A stretch of DNA of 64,000 nt from Candidatus Aenigmatarchaeota archaeon (GTDB lineage Archaea; Aenigmatarchaeota; Aenigmatarchaeia; CG10238-14): assembly GCA_018920365.1 (NCBI GenBank), contig JAHLMM010000001.1:199628-263627 (forward strand), in the 5' to 3' direction. The notes under the pieces were generated by a model, which was not told the DNA's origin, did not search any database, and worked only from the letters and a program-made list of their open reading frames with translations. Both the position numbers and the translations under genes were made by a program. Shown here in pieces: positions 39,584 to 49,205 of the stretch. Each line of letters opens with the position of its first letter. Positions within the stretch are counted from its first letter, which is position 1.

Positions 39584-39624
39584 ACTATCACCTGAGCATA
39601 AAATATGTTTTTGATATTAAAAGG

Positions 39625-40038
39625 TTATGCTGATATGAATTCATTGTACGTATATATAGATTTTTCAAGTACTGGATCAAGTTCTTCCATGTCAACTACT
39701 TTTTTTGGCTCCAACCATTTCAAGTCTTTCACGTTTTTTGGTTTTGTTGCTTGACCTGATTTATATTCACATATGTATGTTATCGCGACATTTTGCTCTT
39801 GTTTTTCTTCATTAATGTCGACTGAAACTTCTATTGGACTTAAAACCTCTATCTCAATTCCGCAGCATTCCTTTACAGTTCTTTTTAGCGAATCTATTGT
39901 GTCTTCACCGAACTTCATTTCACCGCCTGGTAAAAACCACTTGTCTGCTGAAAATGCATCTTCTGATTTTTTCTGCAACACTAGAATTTTATTCCCATTT
40001 TCTACAATTGCATATGTAGATATTTTGAATTTCTCCAT
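39625..40038 (-). CDS. NUDIX hydrolase.
   Basis: The Nudix box region is LPGGEMKFGEDTIDSLKRTVKECCGIE. Confidence 0.7.
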   Translation of the reverse strand: MEKFKISTYAIVENGNKILVLQKKSEDAFSADKWFLPGGEMKFGEDTIDSLKRTVKECCGIEIEVLSPIEVSVDINEEKQEQNVAITYICEYKSGQATKPKNVKDLKWLEPKKVVDMEELDPVLEKSIYTYNEFISA

Positions 40039-40080
40039 AAAATTAATAATACATAGAAAAAGATTTATTTTAGTATTTGT

Positions 40081-41010
40081 TTATGCGTAAATCTGAATTA
40101 TATCACCATCTTTTAATTCATGATCAAGGCCGACTTGAGCGCCAGGAAATTTGACTGACTTGCCCCAAACTCTTGCAAATCTAAAATGCTTTAAAAAATC
40201 TTTATGAACTTCTTTGACAACGTCTTTTACAGTAGCGTTTTCTTTAAAAATTATAGGTTCTTTTTCAGGTTCTTTACCTTGTGTTTTTGTGTAAACTCTT
40301 ATTATATTTAAATTTGACCAAACTTCTTTTTTGAATTTTTCTATGTTAAAAGGTCTTTTTGTTATTACTTTGATTGACTTTGTTTTTATTTTATTGTCAT
40401 CAAGGATTTTCTTTAATTCTTTTCTTTGCTTATTCAAATCCTCATTACCATCAATAACTTTGACTATAAGGTCACAATTTCTAACAATATTCATCCATTC
40501 TGGTTCAAATGTTGATGGTATTTCAATAACTTGAATCCAGACGTCTTCATATTTCATCATACCAACAACAGGCTTTAATGTTGTGTAAGGATGATAGTCA
40601 ACTTCAACATCGACATTTGTTAGCTTATTTAGCAATGTGCTTTTTCCAGAATTTGTAAAACCGAATAGGCAAATTTGAGCAGCACCTTCCTTTTTTATTG
40701 ATATAGAAGATCTGGAGGGTTTAGAGTCTTTTTGTTCTTTTAGCTTAGACAGCCTTTTTTTCAGTTCCATTAAAAGTTTTTCAGAACCATGATGTCTCGG
40801 CAGCAAACTAATCATTTCTTGCAAATATTTTATTTTTTCCTCTCTTGTTTTTGCATTTTTGTATTTTTCCTCAGCAAGGTAATACTCATTGGGTGCATTC
40901 ACTGGCATACAATAATATTTGTAAATAAAATTGATATATTTGGAATGATTTAAAACGACAATTATTTTTTCTTTTCCTCTTTTACCATTTCCATTAAAAC
41001 TGTGTTGCAT
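40081..41010 (-). CDS. DRG-family GTPase (Obg/DRG class) with a C-terminal TGS domain, in compact form.
   Basis: N-terminal helical region (KTREEKIKYLQEMISLL). G1 is GFTNSGKSTLLNKL. The TGS-like tail is IRVYTKTQGKEPEKEPIIF…VWGKSVKFPGAQVGLDHELKDGDIIQI. The likely start is M35. Confidence 0.7.
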   Translation of the reverse strand: MQHSFNGNGKRGKEKIIVVLNHSKYINFIYKYYCMPVNAPNEYYLAEEKYKNAKTREEKIKYLQEMISLLPRHHGSEKLLMELKKRLSKLKEQKDSKPSRSSISIKKEGAAQICLFGFTNSGKSTLLNKLTNVDVEVDYHPYTTLKPVVGMMKYEDVWIQVIEIPSTFEPEWMNIVRNCDLIVKVIDGNEDLNKQRKELKKILDDNKIKTKSIKVITKRPFNIEKFKKEVWSNLNIIRVYTKTQGKEPEKEPIIFKENATVKDVVKEVHKDFLKHFRFARVWGKSVKFPGAQVGLDHELKDGDIIQIYA

Positions 41011-41165
41011 TTTTCACAAATTTTTACAACCATTCCAGATCCGGGTAGACTTCTCTTTCCACTTAATCCAGTACCCAAGCCATAAAAATTTGGTTCTACT
41101 CTGAATTTTTTCACAAATTTTCTACATGTAGTGCAATAATATTCAACTTTTTCCATTTTTATCAT
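40962..41165 (-). CDS. Small zinc-ribbon protein.
   Basis: CTTC…CEKC pairs in a 67-aa ORF. Confidence 0.35.
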   Translation of the reverse strand: MIKMEKVEYYCTTCRKFVKKFRVEPNFYGLGTGLSGKRSLPGSGMVVKICEKCNTVLMEMVKEEKKK

Positions 41166-41397
41166 CCATGAAAAGCTTTACAGCATATATATGAGAGCAA
41201 TCTTTTAATTTTAATGAAAAGAATTCACAGTCGCATGTGAAAACTTTTTTTGTCTTGTCGAATATGACAGAATGGTCTTTTTCGTCACTTTTTACAATAA
41301 AATAGCATCTCTTATCATTTTCAACATCTTTAACAACTTTACCATCTTTAAAAATCCAAAAACCTTTTCTTTTTGTTCTCCACGAAAGCTCAGACAT
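41143..41397 (-). CDS. Small SWIM-type zinc-finger protein.
   Basis: The text CDCEFFSLKLKDCSHI matches the CxC…CxH SWIM signature. Confidence 0.4.
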   Translation of the reverse strand: MSELSWRTKRKGFWIFKDGKVVKDVENDKRCYFIVKSDEKDHSVIFDKTKKVFTCDCEFFSLKLKDCSHIYAVKLFMDDKNGKS

Positions 41398-41442
41398 AAA
41401 TTTAAATTATTTCTCAAATGTTTAATTGTTATTGGTGCTTAT

Positions 41443-42318
41443 ATGAAAGAATTGTTTGATGAGTTAAAGAAACTAAAAGCAAAGAGGATTTTTATTCAAT
41501 ATCCAGAAGGGTTGAAGACAAAAATACAGGAGATAAGCAGCGATCTTGAAAAAAACGGCTATCAGACAGTTTTATGTTGCGAACCAACATTTGGAGCATG
41601 TGATGTAAGAGATTTTGAAGCAAAAAGGTTAAAATGCGATGTTGTTTTACATATAGCTCATACAGATTTTGGTGTCAAATCAGAGCTACCTGTGATCTAT
41701 TTGGATTATATTTTTGACGTAGATCCGATTCCAATAATTGAAAAAGAGTATGAAAAATTATCATCCTATAAAAACATTTGTGTATTCACTAGCTTGCAAT
41801 ATGTTGAATCAATGAAGAAGGTTGTTGATTATCTGAAGAAAAGATCAAAGCAAGTTTTTATTGGCAAAACACAAAAATATGACGGTCAAGTTTTGGGTTG
41901 TCGAATAGATGCAGCATTGAAATTTGCTGGCAAGGTTGATTGTTTCCTTTATGTCGGCACAGGCAGGTTTCATCCAATGGGTGTTTGTTTGGCTACAGAA
42001 AAACCTGTTTATTCGCTGGATTTGGAAAAGCAGAAAATAATTGATTTTCAAAAAGAGAAGATGATTTATTTGAAAAAGAAGGCATGGAGAGATCAAGAAC
42101 TGAAAGATGCAAATGTAGTTGGAATAGCTGTTTCATGGAAACAAGGACAAAACAGAATTGACGAAGCATTTTCATTGAAAGAAAAACTTGAAAAGCAAGG
42201 GAAAAAGGTTTACATACTTGCCTTTGATACTGCTTCTAAATCAAAGACATTAGGAATGAAGTTTGATATTTTGATAAATATGCTTTGCCCTAGAATGGAT
42301 GACGAAGATTTATTATAA
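41443..42318 (+). CDS. dph2: Diphthamide biosynthesis enzyme Dph2 (2-(3-amino-3-carboxypropyl)histidine synthase).
   Basis: Three-domain Cys-containing pattern: LCCEPTFGACD, GCRIDAALKF, MLCPRMDD. The likely start is the ATG at 41443. The ORF-track start at 41272 overlaps the minus-strand ORFs. Confidence 0.75.
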   Translation: MKELFDELKKLKAKRIFIQYPEGLKTKIQEISSDLEKNGYQTVLCCEPTFGACDVRDFEAKRLKCDVVLHIAHTDFGVKSELPVIYLDYIFDVDPIPIIEKEYEKLSSYKNICVFTSLQYVESMKKVVDYLKKRSKQVFIGKTQKYDGQVLGCRIDAALKFAGKVDCFLYVGTGRFHPMGVCLATEKPVYSLDLEKQKIIDFQKEKMIYLKKKAWRDQELKDANVVGIAVSWKQGQNRIDEAFSLKEKLEKQGKKVYILAFDTASKSKTLGMKFDILINMLCPRMDDEDLL

Positions 42319-42333
42319 AATCAAAATAATTTT

Positions 42334-43086
42334 ATGAGATTTTTGCTTTTAATACTGCTTTTTATTCCGCTGGTTTATTCTTGGGGTTTTGAAACTCATG
42401 AATGGATTTGCAAACAATTGCTTATTGGGAATCAAGATTTGAGAAAAATTGTTAATGAAAATGATTTTATCAGAGGTTGCAATGCACCTGACACAGAAAT
42501 AAAAGACCAACTTTATCATAACTGCTATTTTGCAAGAGAATGCAAACATATTAACACAGAAATAAAAGACCCTGTTAGCTTGGCATACTTTGCTGATATA
42601 AAAAGTTGCTTTGAAAAAGACTTATATAGCTGTCCTGCATTATTGAAATTTAACGCATCGATCGCTAAAAATGATTCTTATTGGATAGGAGCAAGCGTAC
42701 ATTATTTGTCCGATGCATTTGCACCTGTTCATCAGATAACAGGTGAAGATTATTATAAATGTCACAAACCGTTTGAAGATAAGATTGATAAAAAGCTGAA
42801 AGAAAAAAATTGGATCGTTCGTCAGAATTGTGAGTTTAGCTTTCCATGCTCTAAAGCAGGAAGTATGATAAGAAAGTGTCAAACAAAATATAACTCAACA
42901 ATAGAATTTTCTTATGATAATTTGGTTGAACTAGTCGTTGTTATAGATAAAGAAGTTTCACATAAACTTAAAATTAATGAAGGTAGGTATGAAAGCTTGA
43001 AACAAACAGGAATGATAGCTTTGATTAAAAATAAAATAATAGAAATTTTTAATCATTTTGTAAACAAGTTGCCTTTTTCAAAATAA
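42334..43086 (+). CDS. Secreted zinc-dependent phospholipase C / S1-P1 nuclease superfamily protein.
   Basis: The signal peptide precedes a mature N-terminus WGFETHEW. The N-terminal Trp is a Zn ligand in this superfamily. His/Asp-rich motifs follow (HYLSDAFAPVH). Confidence 0.45.
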   Translation: MRFLLLILLFIPLVYSWGFETHEWICKQLLIGNQDLRKIVNENDFIRGCNAPDTEIKDQLYHNCYFARECKHINTEIKDPVSLAYFADIKSCFEKDLYSCPALLKFNASIAKNDSYWIGASVHYLSDAFAPVHQITGEDYYKCHKPFEDKIDKKLKEKNWIVRQNCEFSFPCSKAGSMIRKCQTKYNSTIEFSYDNLVELVVVIDKEVSHKLKINEGRYESLKQTGMIALIKNKIIEIFNHFVNKLPFSK

Positions 43087-44471
43087 CTTTTCATAAATTC
43101 GGCAAACTCTTTGTTTTTCAAAAACTTTTTCAATTCATTTTGGTCAATTATCTTGAAGCTTTTTGAAAGTTGAGTTGCTATGAAGTTTGGTATTCCCTTT
43201 GCTTTTAAAATTTTTTCATCATCACTCAAAGTGTCAACAAGCTTAACTTTTGCTGATGTCCAACTTCTATTGACTTCAACAACCCAATAATCATCCTCTA
43301 TAAAAGGCCCATTTACTGCATCATTTTTATGTTTTTCAGCAAATCTTTCAGCATTTCTCTCATCAAAAACCCACGGCCCTACTATTTTGTCAATTGTAGG
43401 CAATCTGCTTACTTGCATTTCTAAAATAATTATCGCAGTTTTCTTTTCATCTGTCCAGCAATCGCTTCTTAATACTGCAAACTCATATTCTTTCATTATA
43501 CTTTCTAGTCTTTTTGTCGCTTTCCTTAACTGAGGCCACAATATGTCAGGAACAGTTTTTGGTGGTTCAAACACAACTGCTATGAATTCAGTGCCCCTGG
43601 ATTTAACAAAATTTTCAAATTCATTTGATTTTATGGTTTTAGTTTTTTTGAAAAAGAAATCTTCGTTTGGCTTTAGCAGAAACTCTTGTGATATTTTTTT
43701 GAATTTGTAGAAATTTTCAGGACTTATAGCAGATGCAACGTTTCTATGTTTATCAACAGGATCTATTACTATTAAAATTTCATTTTTGAATTTATTTTTT
43801 AACTGATTGTATTCGCTTTTTTTCCATTGATTTTCTATATCAATTATCTCCTTAACCTTCCAGTCTTTTGTAGCTTTTAACAGATTTAAGAAGCTGCCGT
43901 ATTTTATTATAAGCAGTTCGCATAAATAACCAGAAAAACCATTTGTCTTTGCATCAGCACCATACAAACCATTAGCTTTCAAAAACTGTTTCAATAACCT
44001 GACTTCATTGCTTAGCTGTTTTGGCAGTTTCTCTTCTAGATATTTGACATGAAATTGTGTTCTGTCAACAGCAGAAATTATCTTTTCTCCTTTTTCAATT
44101 TTGTAGCAAGGAACAAGATCAATACTTATTCCGTCTATTTTTCCTCTTATATAAGGGTGCTGGGCATATTCTATTGTCCATTTTCCTTTAAGAGTTTCAA
44201 TCACTTTCTTACCAACAGATAATCCAGTTTCCTCAAGCTGTTTGTTTGATAGTGTTTTAGGGAAAAGGATGAACACATCTATTTCGTTTTTGTTAGGAAG
44301 CCATGTGTCTCTTGTCAACGAGCCAGCAAGTATAACTTCTGCGTTGTACGAAGATGATACAGATTTTGATACTTCTAGCACACGGCTAGATATTAATTTA
44401 ATTTTCCTTTCTTCTTTGTTCGTAGGTGTAATTTTTTTAAGTACATTTTTTAAAAGTTGACTGTTTGTCAT
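43053..44471 (-). CDS. cca: Archaeal class I CCA-adding tRNA nucleotidyltransferase.
   Basis: The text ILAGSLTRDTWLPNKNEIDVFILF contains the Pol-beta NTase GS…D.D motif. The protein is 472 aa, archaeal-type. Confidence 0.85.
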   Translation of the reverse strand: MTNSQLLKNVLKKITPTNKEERKIKLISSRVLEVSKSVSSSYNAEVILAGSLTRDTWLPNKNEIDVFILFPKTLSNKQLEETGLSVGKKVIETLKGKWTIEYAQHPYIRGKIDGISIDLVPCYKIEKGEKIISAVDRTQFHVKYLEEKLPKQLSNEVRLLKQFLKANGLYGADAKTNGFSGYLCELLIIKYGSFLNLLKATKDWKVKEIIDIENQWKKSEYNQLKNKFKNEILIVIDPVDKHRNVASAISPENFYKFKKISQEFLLKPNEDFFFKKTKTIKSNEFENFVKSRGTEFIAVVFEPPKTVPDILWPQLRKATKRLESIMKEYEFAVLRSDCWTDEKKTAIIILEMQVSRLPTIDKIVGPWVFDERNAERFAEKHKNDAVNGPFIEDDYWVVEVNRSWTSAKVKLVDTLSDDEKILKAKGIPNFIATQLSKSFKIIDQNELKKFLKNKEFAEFMKSYFEKGNLFTK

Positions 44472-44535
44472 GAAATTATTATGTAAAGGAAAGAAAAAAA
44501 TTTAACTATAAAAGGTTAACTACAACTTTTTTGTT

Positions 44536-45684
44536 ATGGACTATATAGTTTCAATACCTACAACTAGAGAAAGAAGCTATGAGATTTTAAGATGTTTAAA
44601 ATCTATAGTCGAAGGAAAAACACGTGATTTTCCTATAGTTGTTTTTGGGCAAGCAGATGATCCAACTATAGAAAAAACATGGATAAATGTTTTAGGCAAT
44701 CATAGAATTATATATTTAGGTCCAGAAAATGTAAGAAGATTAATTGATTATACAGGAAGTAAACTTGTATTAGAAAGAAATGATTTAAATGCTTTGTTTA
44801 ATTATAGAACATTTGGCGGAGCCAGAAACTTGTTGACTGCTTTTGCCTTTGTAATATCTAAGAATCCCGGTGTTATAAACATAGACGATGATGAAGAAGT
44901 TTTACCAGGTTTTTTTGAAGAACATATAAAACTTTTGGGTACAAAGACGTCCAAAGGAAAAAAAATAACTCTTGTTACAGGCCCTTATACAAACCATAGC
45001 TCATATGTAGGATTTGATACGTTACTATATATTTTGTCGAGAAAAAGAGGTGAAGGAATTGTTAGAGATGCTTTAAGGGCAATAACATATGCTACAGAAG
45101 AAGCAAGAGGTTATGTATACGGAATTAATGGATGTAGAGGAGGAAATTTATCCAGATGTGATTCAGCTTTGAGAATACCGTATATTTCTTCACCTGAAGA
45201 TATCAACTTGAGAGGTGAAGATGAAATTCACGCAGATTTAAATCAAATAATGAACCCAGGATGTATAAATTTGTATACACCTAATGCAAAAGTTAAACAT
45301 ACAAAAAGACCTGGATATTTATTGGAAAACATAAAAGGCGAACTGATAGGAATAATAGTTCATGAAGTTATAAGACATTTGGAGCTTGATCATCAAATTA
45401 GAGAAAATTATATTAACCTTGTTGATTTGTATTCTAGAAAAGTTCTCGAACAAAAAAGGCGACAACTAAAGCAAAAAAGATTTAATTACTCACCTGATAT
45501 TGAAAGAGAGTTATCTATAATAGTTTCATCTGTTTATGCGTTATTGAGTGATGTTGCTTTTTTCAAAAGACAAGCAACACTGTATATTAATAATTTGATT
45601 TATGGATTTAATCATTGGGAAAAGATATTAGATTGTTTGAGTAATTCTTCAGAAGAAGCGAAAAGATATATATTAACACATTAA
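44536..45684 (+). CDS. Hypothetical protein, possibly a GT-A-like glycosyltransferase.
   Basis: N-terminus YIVSIPTTRER resembles a GT2 start. The text NIDDDEEV is a possible DxD motif. The evidence is weak. Confidence 0.3.
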   Translation: MDYIVSIPTTRERSYEILRCLKSIVEGKTRDFPIVVFGQADDPTIEKTWINVLGNHRIIYLGPENVRRLIDYTGSKLVLERNDLNALFNYRTFGGARNLLTAFAFVISKNPGVINIDDDEEVLPGFFEEHIKLLGTKTSKGKKITLVTGPYTNHSSYVGFDTLLYILSRKRGEGIVRDALRAITYATEEARGYVYGINGCRGGNLSRCDSALRIPYISSPEDINLRGEDEIHADLNQIMNPGCINLYTPNAKVKHTKRPGYLLENIKGELIGIIVHEVIRHLELDHQIRENYINLVDLYSRKVLEQKRRQLKQKRFNYSPDIERELSIIVSSVYALLSDVAFFKRQATLYINNLIYGFNHWEKILDCLSNSSEEAKRYILTH

Positions 45685-47255
45685 ATTTTCTTGCTCATAT
45701 AAGGTCCTTCATGCATATAACCATATTTCATAAACCATTGCTTTACACCAATACCAGCTATTGCTATCATCTTTTTCTTATCAAATTCCTCTCTTGATAT
45801 TCTTTCAGCTTCTTTAAGCAACAAAGAACCAAAACCTTTATGCTGCCAACCACTTTGATCTTGAACATTTATAGGAACAAGCTTGCCGTAAGTATGAACT
45901 TCCCTTATCAAGGCGGTTTTATCATCTATTTCCTTTCTATGAGGCTTGTACGGCATCCGTAATCTCAGCAAAGCAATCAAAACATCATTTTTTGTGTCTT
46001 CAAACGACAAGAATATCTCTTTCCCATTAGACGCATCATAATCTCTTCTTACAAGCTCTACTTCTTTCTCATCAATATCAATTCCATATATTTTTTTGGC
46101 ATGTCCCGGCTCTCTGCATCTTGTGCACCTGCATCTTTTACCTTGCCTTTTCAATTCCTGTATTGCAATTTCTCTTAAATTGCTCTTTTTTGGTCCGGCA
46201 ACAATCTCATTTGCAGGTATGTCTCTAAAAACTCTTCTAAATCTTACCCAAGGAGGAGCCATTTTCTTCATTTCCACTATAAGCTTTAATGTTTCTTCAA
46301 GTGTAGGCGGCTTATAATCGCCTCTTTTCCATTCTTGATAGAGCTCTGTCCCAGGTATTACAACACACGGATATATCTTGAATTCATCCACTTGCAAGTC
46401 AGGGTTTGTGAAAATCTGCCTAAACATCCCAACATCTCTTTCAAAATTTGATCCAGGCAAAAAAGGCATGACATGAGCTATTATTTTGAAGCTAGCGTCT
46501 TTTGCTATCTGTATAGACTTTATGGTTTCTTCAACATGATGATCTCTTTTGACTCTATCAAGGACATCATTATATATTGATTGTATGCCTATCTCAGCTC
46601 TTGTGCAACCAAAATCAAGCAAACTGTCAACATGCTTTTCCATGCAATAATCTGGCCTTGTTTCTATTGTCAAACCAACACATCTGTGTTTTGCCGTTTC
46701 ATTTAATTTTTTGGCTTGCTCTAGTGTCTTTGATCTTCGACCATTCAAACCATCATAAATTCCTTTAATGAAGCGATATTGATAGTCTCTATCTAATGCT
46801 AGCAGCGTTCCGCCTATGACTATTATCTCTATCTTATCAGTAGGGTGACCCATTATTTTGTATTGATTTAACCTGTCTCTTACTTGCTTGTAAGGATCAT
46901 ATCTATTTCTTATAGCCCTCTGAATAGCAGGTTCATTGGCAGAATAGCTTTTCGGCACTAGCTTGCTTAAAGGAGGGCAATAAGTGCATCTGCCGCCACA
47001 ATAACCAGGTTTGCAAGAAACTGTTATAGTGGCTACGCCAGAAATTGTTCTGGTCGGCTTTATTCCCATTATTTTGCTAAATTGTTCCAGCTGCTTTTTT
47101 GTAGCATATTTCAATATATCTGGGTTAGTAGGCGACTCTTTTAGTCCATACTTTATGCATAACTCCTTTTTCAGCTTGTCTACATCATCTTTACTGTTTA
47201 TAGACCGGTTTTTCAATTCTTTCAGAAATAGCTTTGCAAAATCCTTTTCAAGCAT
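45681..47255 (-). CDS. elp3: Elp3 homolog (radical-SAM plus GNAT; tRNA wobble-uridine carboxymethylation).
   Basis: Radical-SAM Cys cluster (CGGRCTYCP). The C-terminal GNAT region is HKGFGSLLLKEAE. The protein is 524 aa. Confidence 0.85.
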   Translation of the reverse strand: MLEKDFAKLFLKELKNRSINSKDDVDKLKKELCIKYGLKESPTNPDILKYATKKQLEQFSKIMGIKPTRTISGVATITVSCKPGYCGGRCTYCPPLSKLVPKSYSANEPAIQRAIRNRYDPYKQVRDRLNQYKIMGHPTDKIEIIVIGGTLLALDRDYQYRFIKGIYDGLNGRRSKTLEQAKKLNETAKHRCVGLTIETRPDYCMEKHVDSLLDFGCTRAEIGIQSIYNDVLDRVKRDHHVEETIKSIQIAKDASFKIIAHVMPFLPGSNFERDVGMFRQIFTNPDLQVDEFKIYPCVVIPGTELYQEWKRGDYKPPTLEETLKLIVEMKKMAPPWVRFRRVFRDIPANEIVAGPKKSNLREIAIQELKRQGKRCRCTRCREPGHAKKIYGIDIDEKEVELVRRDYDASNGKEIFLSFEDTKNDVLIALLRLRMPYKPHRKEIDDKTALIREVHTYGKLVPINVQDQSGWQHKGFGSLLLKEAERISREEFDKKKMIAIAGIGVKQWFMKYGYMHEGPYMSKKI

Positions 47256-47365
47256 AACAGATTTATGTGTAATTTATATTTTTTAATAGTTATATTAAAT
47301 TATTTCTATTGTATAGTAGTAACATTTATATATAAGTGTCACTATAAAGTAATATAGTGATTTGA

Positions 47366-47536
47366 ATGAATAAGCAAGATTTACTAAGGCTAAGATTTTA
47401 CAGAGAAGAGTTGTTTAATGCTAAGAGTCAATTGTTCAAGGCTAAAAATGTCAGGCAAGTGAAATACTTGCAGGACAGGATAAACTTTTTGCAGGAAAGA
47501 ATAGCTGAAATTGAAAACAGCTTCAAAAAGGGATGA
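47366..47536 (+). CDS. Small coiled-coil ORF (56 aa). A 32-aa ORF (47533–47630) follows with an ATGA overlap.
   Basis: MNKQDLLRLRFYREELFNAKSQLFKAKNVRQVKYLQDRINFLQERIAEIENSFKKG. It is below the ORF-track cutoff. It lies in an otherwise unassigned 330-bp gap. Confidence 0.25.
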   Translation: MNKQDLLRLRFYREELFNAKSQLFKAKNVRQVKYLQDRINFLQERIAEIENSFKKG

Positions 47537-47585
47537 GCATGAAGCTGAAAATGGTTGACTATAGAATAAACGCTGATTTAAACAA

Positions 47586-48563
47586 TCAAGATTTATCACG
47601 ACTTTTGAAAGATTTGTATGATGAGTTGTAGACATATTTTTCTATTGTCTTGCACGTCCTACATATTTTTTCAGAGCTAGGCTCTTCACATCTCTCGCAA
47701 ACATTTATTTCTTTGCCAGCAAAATCGTGTTTTATTGAAGAAGCTATTTTCTCGCCACTTTTTACTATAGAATATTTTATGCCAGGAGATCTATCTTCAA
47801 GTTTGTTGAGAAAATCTCTTGTCTCCATCCGTAGTGCATTAAAATTTGCATAAGGACATTCATCAAAATAAGCAGGTATACCATTGATCATTGCATAGAG
47901 AGCAGATTCTTTCTCAGGTATCATAAGCAATGGTTTTATCCTTGGTATGAATTTTTTGTGATCAACAACTTTCGGAACACCGCCAAACCTTGCAAGCCTT
48001 AGCAGATCACCTTTCATAACATTCATCAATATGCTTTGGGCTTCGTCATCTAGATTATGTCCAACAGCTATTTTGTTTGCATTCAATTCTCTTGCTTTTT
48101 GATTTAACAAATATCTTCTGAATATACCGCATGGTCCGCACATGCTACCTTCTTTTAGCTCTTTAGCTATTTTATCAATAGTTGTGTGCAAACTTTGCTG
48201 GAAAGAAACTATATGATGCTCGACACCTAAATGCTTGCAAAAATCTATGCACCCTTTCAAAGTTTTATCTCTATATCCTTTAATCCCTTCATCTATTGTT
48301 ATGGCCACTATTTCTATTTTAGGATTTTTTTCGAATATTTTCTTCAAAATGTAAAGAGTGTTTGATGAATCTTTACCGCCTGACAACCCAACAGCGATTT
48401 TATCACCATCTTCAATCATTTTAAATCTTCTTATAGTCGTTTTTACCCTGTTTTCAATATTTTTGCTAAAACATCTTTTGCAATAATACCGACCTTCGTT
48501 TATTCTAAAATAAATTGCTTGATTGCTACAAGAAGAGCATTTCTTCATTTCTTCACCTTGCAT
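47586..48563 (-). CDS. ncsA: tRNA thiolation protein (TtcA/NcsA PP-loop ATPase family with Zn fingers).
   Basis: N-terminal CxxC…CxxC. PP-loop SGGKDS. A central Cys cluster (GPCGIFRR). C-terminal CxxC pairs. Confidence 0.8.
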   Translation of the reverse strand: MQGEEMKKCSSCSNQAIYFRINEGRYYCKRCFSKNIENRVKTTIRRFKMIEDGDKIAVGLSGGKDSSNTLYILKKIFEKNPKIEIVAITIDEGIKGYRDKTLKGCIDFCKHLGVEHHIVSFQQSLHTTIDKIAKELKEGSMCGPCGIFRRYLLNQKARELNANKIAVGHNLDDEAQSILMNVMKGDLLRLARFGGVPKVVDHKKFIPRIKPLLMIPEKESALYAMINGIPAYFDECPYANFNALRMETRDFLNKLEDRSPGIKYSIVKSGEKIASSIKHDFAGKEINVCERCEEPSSEKICRTCKTIEKYVYNSSYKSFKSRDKS

Positions 48564-49180
48564 ATAGCAATAATATTTTTCTTTGGTTCCTTTGTGATTT
48601 TAATGCTTTCAATTTCAAGATCAGCAGCTTGAATATCTTTTTCCAGCTCGCGTTTTGTATACAAGTGATAATATCTTTTCAACCTATTCCCTCCTTTTCT
48701 CCATTCAACATAAACATCGCCAAAGCTAAAAATGTTTTTTAATAAATTTTTTACATGAATTAGCTGCCATCTATACCAAACAGACAAAAATATTTTTTTT
48801 CTAGCTATTCTTTTCATCTCTTTCAACGCTTTTATTCTGTCATCATTAACCAAATGATGAAGTGTAGCAGCACAAAATATAAAATCAAATGTTTTATCTT
48901 TTAAAGGAAGTGCTTTTGCATCTGCTATTATTAGATCAATGTCAACATTATTTTTTCCTATCATTTTCCTTGCTTGTTTTATCATATTTTTAGAAAAATC
49001 CACGCCAACACATCTATAACCTTTTTTTGCTATCGGTATTAAATTTCTACAATTACCACAGCCAATATCGATAGTGCTACCTTTGAAAATTCCAAAAGGT
49101 ATATATAAAGCTGGTTTTGCTCTAAAATTTGACCATGATTCTGCAATTTCATCATATGTTTGCCTTAAGCTTTTCATCAT
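48545..49180 (-). CDS. Class I SAM-dependent methyltransferase.
   Basis: Motif I is IDIGCGNCRN. Post-I is VGVDFS. Motif II is FIFCAATLHH. Confidence 0.75.
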   Translation of the reverse strand: MMKSLRQTYDEIAESWSNFRAKPALYIPFGIFKGSTIDIGCGNCRNLIPIAKKGYRCVGVDFSKNMIKQARKMIGKNNVDIDLIIADAKALPLKDKTFDFIFCAATLHHLVNDDRIKALKEMKRIARKKIFLSVWYRWQLIHVKNLLKNIFSFGDVYVEWRKGGNRLKRYYHLYTKRELEKDIQAADLEIESIKITKEPKKNIIAICKVKK

Positions 49181-49205
49181 TAGAAATATAGTATAAATGC
49201 TTAAA

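Noticed and set aside
41272-41442. N-terminal 57-aa extension of the Dph2 ORF.
   Set aside because: It overlaps two minus-strand small ORFs and lacks similarity. The Dph2 homology begins at the ATG at 41443.
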